Origin: Clostridia bacterium
GTDB taxonomy: Bacteria > Bacillota > Clostridia > Oscillospirales > UBA644
Assembly: GCA_014872655.1 (NCBI GenBank)
Contig: WHHJ01000004.1
Location: 1 to 57,166, forward strand
Direction of reading: 5' to 3'
DNA: 57,166 nt
The position numbers and the translations under genes are program-made. The notes under the pieces are model-generated. The model worked only from the letters and a program-made list of their open reading frames with translations. It did not search any database and was not told the origin of the DNA. Position 1 is the first letter of the stretch; each line of letters begins with the position of its first letter. This document shows, one piece after another, positions 17,838-28,591 of the stretch.

Positions 17838-18932
17838 TCACATCCGGTCTAACAGCTGCAAAATAATTTCATTGGATACTAAAAAACCGCGCGCCGTCAG
17901 CGCCCAGCCGTTCGAGGTCGGGGCTGCCAGTTTTTGCTTTACTAATTGTTCCAAAAACAGGCGCTGCCTGTCATTGGCCCGGTTTTGGTCCACGCCGTCG
18001 GAAGTGCGCAGCCGGAGCATCCAGTATTCCGCATCGCGGTCTTGGGCGGTCAATGTTTGTTCGATGACGGGTTCGAGCAGCCCGTTGGCCCGGATGTAAG
18101 CCGTTGTGTCCGCCGGAATCTTAAATCGGTGCGTTCCGTCAAATCCGGAGGCGCCGCAGCCCAGCGCAAAATAGACGCCGCCGTTCCAATAGATCTGGTT
18201 ATGCCGGGAACGAAAACCTGGCTGGGCAAAATTGGAAACTTCATAATGTTCATAGCCGCTTTGGCACAGACGCCGGCAGGTTTGCAGATAAAAATCCGAT
18301 TGGGTGTCCTCATCGGCTTCCCGAACACCGGTTCGGCCGAATACGCTGCCCGGTTCTACTTTCAGCAGATAGGCGGAGATATGTTCCGGTTTCCAGTCCA
18401 GCATCTCTGACAGCGTTTGATGTAAAGAGTCCGGCGTTTGCCCGGGAATCGCCAGCATCAGATCCAGGCTGATATTGTCGGCTCCCGCGCGGCGCAGATT
18501 TTCTACCGCACGCCGGCAGTCTTGGGCTCGGGCCGTTCTGCCCAGTGTTTTCAGCAGGGCGTCGTCTAAGGTTTGCACGCCCATGCTAAACCGATTGACG
18601 CCGCTGTTTTGCAGATCGTAAAGGTCTTGCAGGGTCACGGTTTCCGGATTGATTTCCATCGTGATCTCTGCATCGGAGTCCAGGTTCGCGCTATTTGTCA
18701 GCGCGGTCAAAATGCGGTCAATCTGCTGTGGGCGCAGCAGCGACGGCGTGCCTCCGCCCAGATAAACGGTTTGTATCGGCGGTTCAAAAGATGTGTGCCG
18801 AATTTGATGGATCAAGGCGTTTACATATTCTTCACGAATGGATTGAGACCGGATCTGTGAATAGAAGTCGCAGTAAAAACATTTATGCGCGCAAAACGGA
18901 ATATGCACATAAACGCCGGCGCTATTCATCAA
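17838..18932 (-). CDS. hemW: Radical SAM heme chaperone HemW (HemN-like, oxygen-independent coproporphyrinogen oxidase family)
   Basis: Has the CxxxCxxC motif [16 protein letters not shown]. It is 364 aa and lies immediately downstream of lepA, the classical synteny. Confidence 0.88.
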   Translation of the reverse strand: MMNSAGVYVHIPFCAHKCFYCDFYSQIRSQSIREEYVNALIHQIRHTSFEPPIQTVYLGGGTPSLLRPQQIDRILTALTNSANLDSDAEITMEINPETVTLQDLYDLQNSGVNRFSMGVQTLDDALLKTLGRTARAQDCRRAVENLRRAGADNISLDLMLAIPGQTPDSLHQTLSEMLDWKPEHISAYLLKVEPGSVFGRTGVREADEDTQSDFYLQTCRRLCQSGYEHYEVSNFAQPGFRSRHNQIYWNGGVYFALGCGASGFDGTHRFKIPADTTAYIRANGLLEPVIEQTLTAQDRDAEYWMLRLRTSDGVDQNRANDRQRLFLEQLVKQKLAAPTSNGWALTARGFLVSNEIILQLLDRM

Positions 18933-20730
18933 GTTTCAGCACCGACATAAACGCTTCCTGGCTCAATTCGACAGAGCCAACCTGCCGCATACGTTTTTTG
19001 CCTTCCTTTTGTTTTTCAAGCAGTTTCTTTTTGCGGGTGATGTCTCCGCCGTAACATTTTGCCAGTACGTCTTTACGCAGCGCACGGACGGTTTCACGGG
19101 CGATGACTTTTCCGCCCACGGCGGCCTGAATCGGAATTTCAAACAGTTGCCGCGGAATATTTTCTTTTAATTTCTCGGCAATTTTCCGTCCTCGTGCATA
19201 AGCACGCTGTTCGGGCACAATAAAACTCAATGCGTCTACAATTTCTCCGTTCAGCAGAATATCCAGCTTGACCAGATTGCTCTTTTCGTATTTTTCAAAC
19301 TCATAATCCAGGGACGCATAGCCACGGGTTCTGGATTTGAGTGTGTCAAAAAAGTCGTAGATAATTTCGTTGAGCGGCAGAGAATAATGCAGATTGACCC
19401 GGGTTTCGTCGATATACTGCATGTTTTTAAAAACGCCTCTCCGTTCCTGACATAATTCCATAATGGCTCCGGTATAATCGGACGGCGCGATGATGTCCGC
19501 TTTCACAAACGGTTCTTCCGCACTGGCTATTTCTGCCGGCGACGGATACGCGGTCGGGTTGGCGATATATTCGATCTGCCCGTTGGTTCGTTCGATTTTA
19601 TAAACAACGCTGGGTGCCGTCGTGATTAAATCCAAATGATATTCCCGCTCCAGTCGCTCCTGAATAATTTCCATATGCAGCAGCCCTAAAAAACCGCAGC
19701 GGAAGCCAAATCCCAGCGCGGCAGAGTTTTCCGCCTCGTAGGTCAGCGCCGCGTCGTTGAGCTGCAATTTTTCCAACGCGTCGCGCAGATCTTCATATTT
19801 GGCGCTGTCGGCAGGGTAAATACCGCTGAACACCATCGGCTGCGCTTTTTTGTATCCCGGGCAGGCTTCGGCTGTCGGCCGGTTTGCCAGTGTAATCGTG
19901 TCTCCCACCTGGGTGTCGCGGACGGTTTTGATGCTGGCTGTGATATAGCCCACGTCGCCTGCGCTCAACTGCGGCAGCGACTCCATGCCAAACGGACGCA
20001 GCGCGCCCACTTCCACCACATCAAATTCGGCGCCGGTTGCCATCATGCGGATCCGGTCCCCGGGTTTTACGGTCCCTTCAAAAATGCGCACATAAGCAAT
20101 TACGCCGCGGTAACTGTCGTAAGCGGAGTCAAAGATCAACGCTTTCAGCGGTTGTTCGCTGTCGCCGGCCGGGGCCGGGATCTGTTGAATGACCGCTTGC
20201 AGAACCTGGTCGATATTCAGTCCGGTCTTTGCCGAAATGCGCGGCGCATCCAGTGCCGGAATGCCGATGACGTCTTCGATTTCCTTGGCCACCCGTTCGG
20301 CGTCAGCATTCGGCAAATCCACCTTATTGATTACCGGAACAATTTCCAGGTCATGTTCCAGTGCCAGGTACGTATTGGCCAGTGTCTGCGCCTCAATGCC
20401 TTGAGATGCGTCAACAACCAGCACGGCGCCTTCACAGGCTGCCAGCGAGCGCGATACTTCATAGTTAAAGTCCACGTGGCCCGGGGTGTCGATCAGATTC
20501 AGCGTATAATCTTGTCCGTCCGGGGCGGTGTATTCCATCTTAACGGCGCGGGCTTTAATGGTGATCCCGCGTTCCCGTTCCAAATCCATATTGTCCAGCA
20601 ACTGATCTTCCATCTGGCGCTGTGAAACGGTCTGGGTCTGTTCCAGCAGCCGGTCTGCCAGCGTGGATTTCCCGTGGTCAATATGGGCCACAATACAAAA
20701 ATTCCGAATTTTGCTTGTATCTTTAGACAT
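18922..20730 (-). CDS. lepA: Translation elongation factor 4 (LepA)
   Basis: Contains [30 protein letters not shown] and NKVDL. The C-terminal LepA-specific region includes [22 protein letters not shown]. Confidence 0.97.
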   Translation of the reverse strand: MSKDTSKIRNFCIVAHIDHGKSTLADRLLEQTQTVSQRQMEDQLLDNMDLERERGITIKARAVKMEYTAPDGQDYTLNLIDTPGHVDFNYEVSRSLAACEGAVLVVDASQGIEAQTLANTYLALEHDLEIVPVINKVDLPNADAERVAKEIEDVIGIPALDAPRISAKTGLNIDQVLQAVIQQIPAPAGDSEQPLKALIFDSAYDSYRGVIAYVRIFEGTVKPGDRIRMMATGAEFDVVEVGALRPFGMESLPQLSAGDVGYITASIKTVRDTQVGDTITLANRPTAEACPGYKKAQPMVFSGIYPADSAKYEDLRDALEKLQLNDAALTYEAENSAALGFGFRCGFLGLLHMEIIQERLEREYHLDLITTAPSVVYKIERTNGQIEYIANPTAYPSPAEIASAEEPFVKADIIAPSDYTGAIMELCQERRGVFKNMQYIDETRVNLHYSLPLNEIIYDFFDTLKSRTRGYASLDYEFEKYEKSNLVKLDILLNGEIVDALSFIVPEQRAYARGRKIAEKLKENIPRQLFEIPIQAAVGGKVIARETVRALRKDVLAKCYGGDITRKKKLLEKQKEGKKRMRQVGSVELSQEAFMSVLKLDE

Positions 20731-20823
20731 AAGTCGTCTCCTCTATATATTCTAAATTATATAATACTATAAATTCGACGGGCTTGTCAAGTATGCGGGA
20801 AGATGAAAAAAGTTTGACCAATA

Positions 20824-20852
20824 TTGACAGCCGTTTTTATTTGTATTATAAT
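20824..20852 (+). promoter_or_regulatory. Consensus sigma-A promoter TTGACA-17 nt-TATAAT
   Basis: The -35 is at 20824-20829 and the -10 at 20847-20852. Confidence 0.6.
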
Positions 20853-20898
20853 AAAAAATAAAAGACTATCTTTAGAAATGTATTATATTGGAGTTCTT

Positions 20899-22068
20899 AT
20901 GAAAAAACGAAAATTTGCGTGGCTTTCGGTTTTGTGGACCATTCTGTTTTGCGCTTTATTGGCCGTCCCCTGTGCGGCCGAGGACATCAATTTGTCGGAC
21001 GAGATCAACGATATCACCGCATATTATTATGACCGTTACAGCGATACGCTGCAAAGCGGTCAGAGTGATCCCGAAGCGTTTCGCCCGTATATTTCAGACA
21101 GTTACAGTATTGTTCCGTTGCTGTCGGTCAATCTGCTCAACAAAACCGAGCAGGTTATCAGTATCACACAAATCGAGGATTCGGCCGATGCGTTTTCGTA
21201 TGCACAGCTGTTGATTCAGCGGTTGGCGCTGGATTTGGATCCTCATGCCGATTTTAACGGTTTGGATCCGCTGGCACACTTATCCGAGTTGCAGCAGCCG
21301 GACGGATCGTTTGCCGGATGTACGCTGTCCGAAAATATTTTTTGTTTTATCGCGCTGCGTGCCGCACAGACCAGAGTGGGAGAATCTAACGTCGTTTATT
21401 CTTCGCGCAATGCCAATGACTATCTGCTGGGCTTGCAGGGGCAAGACGGCTCCTGGGAATCCGACGCGGTCGTAACGGCATGGGCGTTAACGTATTTATC
21501 GTATTTTACAGAAACCGTTTCGGACTGTGCCGACGCGGTCGACCGTGGCGTAGCCTATCTGCAGTCTCAGCAACAAGAAAACGGCCTGTTTGCCGGCCAT
21601 GAGACCGCTTACGAAACGGCTGTGATTGTTTGCGGGCTGACGGATGCCGGAGAGTCGTTACACACCGCGCAGTATCATGACCTGCCTGTGGTGATGAAAC
21701 AATTTAAAAACGAGGACGCTTCTTATCGCACCACACTGGACGGAGAACATACCGCAGATTTACAGGCAACCGCCGGCGCACTTGCCGCCTTTGACGGCGT
21801 TGTCAACCAGCAAAGCTGTTGGATGAAGCTGATGCAAAACGGTTCGTTTTCGGACAACCTGCTGCAAAAATTGTGGCCGGTTTTTGTCGTTTTTGGAATT
21901 CTGGCTGCGCTTTCTGTCGTCTTTTGGTGCTTTATGTTGTTTGGTAAGTTAAAATTCCGCCATACCGATGAGGGCGGATCCATCTTAAAAAATCCGGAGG
22001 GGATGACTCGTGCACAGTTAGAAGAAGAATTGGCACAGCAGGATGATCCCCCGACGAAAACGGATTGA
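20899..22068 (+). CDS. Secreted/anchored prenyltransferase-squalene-oxidase-repeat (terpenoid-cyclase-like alpha/alpha toroid) protein
   Basis: The signal peptide is MKKRKFAWLSVLWTILFCALLAVPCAA. Repeated Q-x-x-DGSF/W motifs include QQPDGSFAG, QGQDGSWES and QQENGLFAG. A C-terminal TM (WPVFVVFGILAALSVVFWCFMLF) is followed by an acidic tail. Confidence 0.7.
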   Translation: MKKRKFAWLSVLWTILFCALLAVPCAAEDINLSDEINDITAYYYDRYSDTLQSGQSDPEAFRPYISDSYSIVPLLSVNLLNKTEQVISITQIEDSADAFSYAQLLIQRLALDLDPHADFNGLDPLAHLSELQQPDGSFAGCTLSENIFCFIALRAAQTRVGESNVVYSSRNANDYLLGLQGQDGSWESDAVVTAWALTYLSYFTETVSDCADAVDRGVAYLQSQQQENGLFAGHETAYETAVIVCGLTDAGESLHTAQYHDLPVVMKQFKNEDASYRTTLDGEHTADLQATAGALAAFDGVVNQQSCWMKLMQNGSFSDNLLQKLWPVFVVFGILAALSVVFWCFMLFGKLKFRHTDEGGSILKNPEGMTRAQLEEELAQQDDPPTKTD

Positions 22069-22280
22069 TTTTAAAAAATCGGAGGGGATGACCCGTGCAC
22101 AACAGTGTGCACCGCGGTACACACTGTCAGAAGAAGAACTGGCACAGCAGGATGATCCCCCGACGAAAACGGATTGATTTGAAAAAATCGGAGGGAATGA
22201 CTCGCGCTAAACACCATGCGCTAAGCGCATGGTGTACAAAGAACCGGCGCAGGCGGACGACCCTTCGGCAGGAAAGGAAG
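21985..22280 (+). repeat. Three tandem copies (86, 109, ~101 bp) of a module carrying SD+ATG and an acidic-tail coding segment
   Basis: The copies span 21985-22070, 22071-22179 and 22180-~22280. Their shared sequence is AAAAAATC(C)GGAGGGGATGAC(T/C)CG...GAAGAAGAA(T/C)TGGCACAGCAGGATGATCCCCCGACGAAAACGGATTGATT. Copies 2 and 3 each carry a different inserted hairpin. Confidence 0.8.
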
Positions 22281-22289
22281 ACACTCAAA

Positions 22290-23099
22290 ATGAGTAAGAT
22301 CAAATTATGGCCTACCACACCGTTATATGATCCGGCGCTCGGACAGCCGGAACCGTATTTAGAGCCGTTTTTGACGGAGGGTTCGGACAGTTGTATGATC
22401 GTCTGTGCCGGCGGCGGGTATATTGATTGGTGTGATTACGAAGCCTATCCGATTGCAGAGTGGCTCACACAGATCGGCGTCAATGCTTTTGCACTTCACT
22501 ATCGGCTGGCCGATTATCATGCCCCATGTATGCTGGCAGATATCCAGCGCGCCATTCGGCTGATTCGCAGCCGTGCGTCGGAATTCGGTATCGATCCTCA
22601 AAAAATCGGCGCTATCGGTTTTTCGGCGGGCGGACATTTGGTCAGCAGTGCTTGTACGCATACGCAAAACGGCTTGGAGCAGGCTTCAGATGAGATTGAC
22701 GGGGTTGACTGCCGGCTGAATGCGGCCGTCTTGTGCTATCCGGTCATTACAATGGGGCAGGGCGGTCATGACGGGTCTCGGATCGCGTTGCTCGGTGAAA
22801 ACGCCACGGAGGAGCAAATCGCGTCCTATTCGTCGCAGCTACAGGTTAAACCGGGTTTTACACCTCCCTGTTTTTTAGTGCATACCTTGCAAGACGGGCT
22901 GGTGGATCCGTTTTATAATACCGTTGCATTTGCCGAGGCGCTGACGCGTGCCGAAATTCCGTGTGAAACGCATTTATTTGCCTACGGCCGTCACGGAGTT
23001 GCATTGGCGCGGGAAGAGGAATATCGAGGCGGTGTCGGACAATGGACGGCGCTTTGTCAGACTTGGTTGAAAACGCTGGGTTTTATTCAAGAAAAATAG
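22290..23099 (+). CDS. Alpha/beta hydrolase (esterase/lipase, Aes-like)
   Basis: Has the GFSAGGHL nucleophile elbow and the CAGGGY oxyanion region. The ATG at 22290 was chosen as the start because the upstream in-frame stretch is the repeat. Confidence 0.8.
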   Translation: MSKIKLWPTTPLYDPALGQPEPYLEPFLTEGSDSCMIVCAGGGYIDWCDYEAYPIAEWLTQIGVNAFALHYRLADYHAPCMLADIQRAIRLIRSRASEFGIDPQKIGAIGFSAGGHLVSSACTHTQNGLEQASDEIDGVDCRLNAAVLCYPVITMGQGGHDGSRIALLGENATEEQIASYSSQLQVKPGFTPPCFLVHTLQDGLVDPFYNTVAFAEALTRAEIPCETHLFAYGRHGVALAREEEYRGGVGQWTALCQTWLKTLGFIQEK

Positions 23100-23120
23100 A
23101 CAGTCGGTCCAGACTGAATA

Positions 23121-24686
23121 ATGAAGAATTGGTTCAAAAAGGGGAATGGAATTTTGGAACATCAACTGGTATTGGTTTTAGACTTTGGCGGACAATACAA
23201 CGAACTAATCGCACGCCGTATCCGGGAGTGCGGCGTTTATTGCGAGGTCAAACCGCATGATTTTGCAACGCCCGAGCAGATTCGGGCTATGCACCCTATC
23301 GGGATTGTTTTTACCGGCGGTCCTAACAGTGTATACGATCCCAACGCGCCGCATGTGCCGCAGGAACTTTTTGAGTTAGGCATTCCTGTTTTAGGCATCT
23401 GTTACGGCGCTCAGCTCATGGCTTATACGCTTGGCGGAACGGTTGCTCCGGCAGACAAGCGGGAGTACGGCAAACGTGAGATCACTTATGAAAAGAGTCT
23501 TTTGTTTGAGGGCGTGTCGGGGACCATTTGCTGGATGAGCCATACCGATCAAATTTCTCAGTTGCCGCAAGGGTTTGAAGTGCTTGCGCACACGGCCACT
23601 TGTCCGGTAGCCGCTTACGGAAACCCTGCCCGGAAGTTGTATGGAGTTCAGTTCCATCCGGAAGTGCTGCATACGCAGGACGGAACCTTGATGCTGCGTA
23701 ATTTTGTCTACTCGGTCTGCGGCGCTGTAGGCGATTGGACCATGCGCGGCTACGCGGCGGAGATGATTGAGTCTATTCGCCAAAAAGTGGGAGACGGCAA
23801 GGTTTTATGTGCTTTGTCCGGCGGCGTAGACAGCTCGGTTGCTGCCACCTTGGTCGGCAAAGCGATCGGCGCCAATCTCACCTGTATTTTTGTAGACCAC
23901 GGACTGTTGCGCAAAAATGAAGGCGACGAAGTCGAAGCGGCTTTTCGGTATATGCCGCTGCGGTTGGTACGAGTGAATGCGCAGCAGGATTATCTGGACC
24001 GTCTCAAAGGGGTGACCGATCCCGAGAAAAAGCGTAAGATTATCGGCGAGCAGTTTATCCGCACCTTTGAGCAGGAAGCCAAAAAGATCGGCAAGATCGA
24101 TTATTTGGTGCAGGGCACTATTTATCCGGACGTCATCGAGTCCGGCAAGGGTGACGCGGCGGTCATCAAAAGCCACCACAATGTCGGCGGGCTGCCGGAT
24201 CATGTGGATTTCAAAGAAATTATCGAGCCGCTTCGGCTTTTGTTTAAGGATGAAGTTCGGGCACTAGGACGTGAACTGGGGCTGTCCGAAACCTTAGTCA
24301 GCCGTCAGCCGTTTCCGGGACCGGGCCTTGCCGTTCGGGTCATCGGAGAAATTACCAAAGAAAAATTGGATATTCTGCGCGATGCAGACGCTATTTTCCG
24401 TCAGGAAGTGATGGACGCCGGACTGGACGGCACCATGGCCAATCAATATTTTGCCGTACTGACCGACATGCGCAGCGTCGGCGTCATGGGCGACGGCCGC
24501 ACCTACGACTACACGTTGGCCCTGCGCGCCGTTTCCACCACCGACTTTATGACCGCCGACTGGTGCCGCTTACCTTACGACGTCCTCGACCGCGCGTCCG
24601 CGCGCATCGTCAACGAGGTCGGCCACATCAACCGTATCGTCTACGACATCACCTCCAAGCCTCCCGCAACCATTGAGTGGGAATAA
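23121..24686 (+). CDS. guaA: GMP synthase (glutamine-hydrolysing)
   Basis: Contains [15 protein letters not shown], the PP-loop SGGVDSS, and the C-terminal IEWE. The true start may be the TTG at 23154. Confidence 0.96.
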   Translation: MKNWFKKGNGILEHQLVLVLDFGGQYNELIARRIRECGVYCEVKPHDFATPEQIRAMHPIGIVFTGGPNSVYDPNAPHVPQELFELGIPVLGICYGAQLMAYTLGGTVAPADKREYGKREITYEKSLLFEGVSGTICWMSHTDQISQLPQGFEVLAHTATCPVAAYGNPARKLYGVQFHPEVLHTQDGTLMLRNFVYSVCGAVGDWTMRGYAAEMIESIRQKVGDGKVLCALSGGVDSSVAATLVGKAIGANLTCIFVDHGLLRKNEGDEVEAAFRYMPLRLVRVNAQQDYLDRLKGVTDPEKKRKIIGEQFIRTFEQEAKKIGKIDYLVQGTIYPDVIESGKGDAAVIKSHHNVGGLPDHVDFKEIIEPLRLLFKDEVRALGRELGLSETLVSRQPFPGPGLAVRVIGEITKEKLDILRDADAIFRQEVMDAGLDGTMANQYFAVLTDMRSVGVMGDGRTYDYTLALRAVSTTDFMTADWCRLPYDVLDRASARIVNEVGHINRIVYDITSKPPATIEWE

Positions 24687-24738
24687 ATTACGCTATAATA
24701 CTTTTTAGGAGTGAAATTTCTATAGGAGCGATTATCAG

Positions 24739-25629
24739 ATGCCTATTCTACTTGACCATCAATTACGAGAACAAATCTCCTATAAAGTCGCGGAATTTCC
24801 TATCTGCTATTACCACGATGAGTTGGTGGAGTTGCCAAATTGGGCCGGGCCTTTGCATTGGCATCCTGATTTTGAAATTGCAACGGCGGAATGCGGAGTT
24901 TTAGATTGCCAAGTTGGAAAACAGCACATCATACTGGAAGCAGGGGATAGTATATTCATCAACGGAAATATGCTACACGGAATTAAACAGCTGTCAGGTG
25001 ATGTTCCAGATCCAATGCCGAATATTGTATTTCACGGTACGTTAATAGCTCCTGAGACAAGTATCATTTATCAAAAGTACATACGGCCTATTGCCCAATG
25101 TGATTTGTTGCCTTTCATTGTGTTTAGACAAAACGACCTTTCTCATGGTGAGATAAACTGTATTATTAAAAATATTTACAAGCAGATGAATGAGAAAATG
25201 GAATGTTATGAGTTGGCTGTTCAGCGTAACATCAGCCACATATTTGAATTTATATCATATAATTTTAGTCAACTTCCAAAATCTGAAGAGACACGCATAC
25301 AGATTAATGATCAAATTCGCTTTCAGAAGATGCTGATCTATATTTATAAAAACTATGCGGAGTCGGTGACACTTGAGGATATTGCAAAAGCTGCAGGCAT
25401 CAGTCGAAGTGAGGCAGGTCGATGTTTTCATACATATATGGGATGTTCTCCTGTTGAAGCACTGATTCGATACAGGCTTCAAATGGCACGTCAATTATTG
25501 AATGAAAGAACACAAACGCTCCAACAAATCAGTTATGCTTGTGGTTTTAATTCAGTCAACTATTTTAGTCGCCAGTTCAAGAAGAAATATGGATACCCTC
25601 CTCGTCAGAGAAACGATACTGGTAAATAG
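24739..25629 (+). CDS. AraC-family transcriptional regulator (N-terminal cupin sensor)
   Basis: The C-terminal HTH pair includes VTLEDIAKAAGISRSEAGRCF and ISYACGFNSVNYFSRQFKKKYGYPP. Confidence 0.85.
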   Translation: MPILLDHQLREQISYKVAEFPICYYHDELVELPNWAGPLHWHPDFEIATAECGVLDCQVGKQHIILEAGDSIFINGNMLHGIKQLSGDVPDPMPNIVFHGTLIAPETSIIYQKYIRPIAQCDLLPFIVFRQNDLSHGEINCIIKNIYKQMNEKMECYELAVQRNISHIFEFISYNFSQLPKSEETRIQINDQIRFQKMLIYIYKNYAESVTLEDIAKAAGISRSEAGRCFHTYMGCSPVEALIRYRLQMARQLLNERTQTLQQISYACGFNSVNYFSRQFKKKYGYPPRQRNDTGK

Positions 25630-25723
25630 TGCTTAATTTTGGGGATTTTGTGTCTTTGCTATTGCCTAATGCGATGATATAATTAAGTTTGGAAATTATT
25701 AATCAAACTTGAAGGGAATCATC

Positions 25724-26920
25724 ATGACGGCACAAACAAATTACCAAAAAACACTTGTAGCTTGTTATCTTGGCTTTGTAACACAAGCTATATCTGCTAA
25801 TTTTGCACCACTGTTGTTTTTAACATTCAAAAGCACATACGGAATTACACTTGATAAGATTGCGATGATTCCGTTAGTATTTTATTTAACACAATTGCTT
25901 GTTGACCTTGCCGCGACTAAATTCGCCGATAAAATCGGATATCGTACCTGCGTTGTCACATCTCAGGTGTTATCGACTGTTGGCCTGATTCTGATGGCAA
26001 TTTTACCGGAGATACTTTCAGTACCGTTTATTGGAATTTTAATTTCGGTAGTGCTTTATGCTATAGGAAGCGGTCTTATCGAGGTTTTGGTAAGCCCTAT
26101 CGTCGAAGCCTGCCCTTTTGAAAACAAAGACGGAGTGATGAGCTTGTTGCATTCTTTCTATTGTTGGGGTGCAATGGGCGTGATTTTAGGTTCTACTATT
26201 TTTTTTGCTGTATTCGGCATAGAGAATTGGAAAATACTTACTTTTATTTGGGCATTAATTCCGTTTTATAACACATTTAACTTTATCAACTGCCCTATAG
26301 AGCGGTTGACGGAAGACGGAAAGAGCATGGGAATAAGCAAGCTGCTAAAAACGCCGATTTTCTGGTTGATGATACTACTTATGGTATGTTCTGGCGCCTC
26401 AGAAGCAACGATGTCTCAATGGACATCGGCATTTACTGAATCAGCTATTGGAGTATCTAAAACGATTGGTGATTTGGCAGGTCCGTGTATGTTTGCCATG
26501 TTTATGGGTATATCCCGTATGCTGTACGGAAAGTTTAGCGAAAAACTCAATTTAACCAAAGTGATGCTTGTTTGCGGAATTATGTGCGCCGTTTGCTATT
26601 TGTTGGCTTCAATGTCAACGTTGCCGATTCTCGGACTTGCAGGTTGCGCTCTTTGCGGTTTAGCAGTTGGTATTATGTGGCCGGGATCTATAAGCATATC
26701 CTCGCAGGAATGTCCAAGGGGTGGAACTGCGATGTTTGCATTCTTAGCCTTAGCCGGAGATTTGGGTGCTACGGTAAGTCCCACTATGGTAGGTAGCCTT
26801 TCTGAAATGACAGGCGGCAATCTTAAAATGGGATTGTTTGTAGCAACAGTATTCCCTGTGGTTCTTGTATTTGGATTGTTAATTCTAAAGAGTAAAGTTG
26901 GAAAAGCACAAAAAAGATGA
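25724..26920 (+). CDS. MFS transporter
   Basis: The profile shows about 12 predicted TM helices. It sits downstream of the AraC regulator in an AT-rich patch. Confidence 0.75.
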   Translation: MTAQTNYQKTLVACYLGFVTQAISANFAPLLFLTFKSTYGITLDKIAMIPLVFYLTQLLVDLAATKFADKIGYRTCVVTSQVLSTVGLILMAILPEILSVPFIGILISVVLYAIGSGLIEVLVSPIVEACPFENKDGVMSLLHSFYCWGAMGVILGSTIFFAVFGIENWKILTFIWALIPFYNTFNFINCPIERLTEDGKSMGISKLLKTPIFWLMILLMVCSGASEATMSQWTSAFTESAIGVSKTIGDLAGPCMFAMFMGISRMLYGKFSEKLNLTKVMLVCGIMCAVCYLLASMSTLPILGLAGCALCGLAVGIMWPGSISISSQECPRGGTAMFAFLALAGDLGATVSPTMVGSLSEMTGGNLKMGLFVATVFPVVLVFGLLILKSKVGKAQKR

Positions 26921-27361
26921 TAGTTTTTATGGAGAGCGATTCCAACGTTTTATTGAACTGAAAAATATTTTGAGTTTTTTCAAAAAAGTATGGAAACGTA
27001 TATTAATTACACCTGATATTCTTATCAGCATGGTAACACTATGCAATGAAAAATCTAATAGTTTATACTTTATGGTTAATACAGAGAATGTAAATCCCAC
27101 AAGTGGAACTTTCTAAATAGAACTGTTTAAGTTACGGTTTAGGGGAGTGAATGAGAGAATATGAAAGTTGATAAGCGCCCGAGCCCCTTGAAAATAAAGG
27201 ACTTTCGGGCGCTTTTTGCAAAACAGAAAAACGGACTGCAATGTTTTTTAATTCGCAGCAGCAAAAGATGCTAGCAAACTTGTTTTATTTAAAAGCATCA
27301 AGATTCATTAAAAAAGAGAATTTTGCTGTAAGGTGCAGAATTTGACGGAAAGGAGTACTCC

Positions 27362-28363
27362 ATGAAAAATAAGCAATTGAACCGATATGGTCTTTTCGCG
27401 TGTTTAGGTGTGTTAGTTGCTTCGGTTTATCCACTTTATATGGGGGTGAAAGTCCTGGCGGACATGTTGATCAACGGCGCGGTGATGAAAGAAAATTATC
27501 CCAAATATATCATCCCCTATACGCCTATTTGTATCGCCCTGTTAGTCGGGGTGCTGTTGATGCCGGTATGGATAAAACGGGTGCGGCGCTTTGCGTTGTT
27601 TGCAGGGTCAGTCGTCTCTGCGGCGGTATTCTTTGTTGTTGAAATTCTGTTTGAAAAAAAGGTCGTGGTTTCTACGGCGCACACGTCAGCCGTTCTGGAA
27701 GATTGGCAAATGTATATGTGCTATACCGTGCGGGACGGATTGGGTGGAACCGTGACGTCCTATAAAACGCAAACACCGGTGGAAATTCTGATGGGAGATT
27801 ATAATCCCGCTTTCAAACTGCATTTTTATCTCATTTCCGTCCTCCTGATTTTATCCGTTTTAAGTTGCCTGTATGGATTTGCCCGCATGATATGGGACGG
27901 GGATCGGAGCCGGTTTAAGCCTCTGGTGATCCAATCCATTGCGTGCCTGGCTTTTTTGGGGCTCTGTATTCTGGCTTGCTTTACGGCGTTTTGGCGAGAC
28001 GGAAATCTTGAGGTGTCCGCGGTCTCCGCTGTTTTGATGACGGTGTTCTTTGTTCTTTTCGGCCTGGTCGGCGGACTTTATACCGGATCCTTTTTGCTCG
28101 GAAAATCTAAAATAATTTCCATCGTTGTTCCCGCGATTGTTTCTTCGGTGTTCACCGCTCTGATGTATGTGGGAGAAATGATTCTGCTGCACGGACATTT
28201 ATATGTTTTGGGAAAAGGTTTCCTTTTTGCGAGCCTGCCGGGGATCGTTTTGGCGCCGTTTGATATCCTGGTGGTTCTTGCCGGCGGTGTTATTACCGGT
28301 TTTCTTTTTAACTGGTTCAACAAACTCGGAAAAACAGAAAAGCTTGAACGTGCAGACGGCTGA
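27362..28363 (+). CDS. Polytopic membrane protein of unknown function
   Basis: It has about 8-9 hydrophobic helices and follows the SD GGAAAGGAG. I do not recognise a family. Confidence 0.65.
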   Translation: MKNKQLNRYGLFACLGVLVASVYPLYMGVKVLADMLINGAVMKENYPKYIIPYTPICIALLVGVLLMPVWIKRVRRFALFAGSVVSAAVFFVVEILFEKKVVVSTAHTSAVLEDWQMYMCYTVRDGLGGTVTSYKTQTPVEILMGDYNPAFKLHFYLISVLLILSVLSCLYGFARMIWDGDRSRFKPLVIQSIACLAFLGLCILACFTAFWRDGNLEVSAVSAVLMTVFFVLFGLVGGLYTGSFLLGKSKIISIVVPAIVSSVFTALMYVGEMILLHGHLYVLGKGFLFASLPGIVLAPFDILVVLAGGVITGFLFNWFNKLGKTEKLERADG

Positions 28364-28443
28364 TTTTTTTGATTCGTTGGGACACAATCCTTTTTCATGA
28401 TTGCGCCGGTTGTAAACAATTTGCAAACAGTTCCATAAACTAC

Positions 28444-28472
28444 TTGCATTGGCTGAAAACTTGGTGTAGAAT
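28444..28472 (+). promoter_or_regulatory. Sigma-A promoter TTGCAT-17 nt-TAGAAT
   Basis: The -35 is at 28444-28449 and the -10 at 28467-28472. Confidence 0.5.
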
Positions 28473-28476
28473 AGAT

Positions 28477-28571
28477 GCAGGGAATGAAGTTCTCCCTAAG
28501 GCGTAAGCCTTAAACTGCTGAATTTAAGCTGATGACTTCTGTGAATTTTTCGCAGGAGGCATCAGCTTTTT
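28477..28571 (+). promoter_or_regulatory. Riboswitch-like leader (two adjacent hairpins closed by GCAG/CTGC, then an intrinsic terminator) upstream of the cation:proton antiporter
   Basis: GCAG (28477-28480) pairs with CTGC (28515-28518), enclosing AGGGA..TCCCT and TAAGGC-GTAA-GCCTTA (a GNRA loop). The terminator pairs AGCTGATG (28527-28534) with CATCAGCT (28560-28567) and ends in TTTT. The SD GGGAGGAAG and the ATG at 28592 follow. Confidence 0.45.
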
Positions 28572-28591
28572 GCGTATTGGGAGGAAGAAAA

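Noticed and set aside
22095-22289. The 65-codon N-terminal extension of the esterase ORF (MHNSVHRGTHCQKK...).
   Set aside because: It is made entirely of tandem-repeat copies 2 and 3. The conserved hydrolase begins at MSKIKLWPTTP, which has its own SD.
26898-27116. A 72-aa ORF in the AT-rich tail after the MFS gene, considered as a possible toxin or IS remnant.
   Set aside because: It has no recognisable motif and no SD, and its composition is low-complexity and AT-driven.
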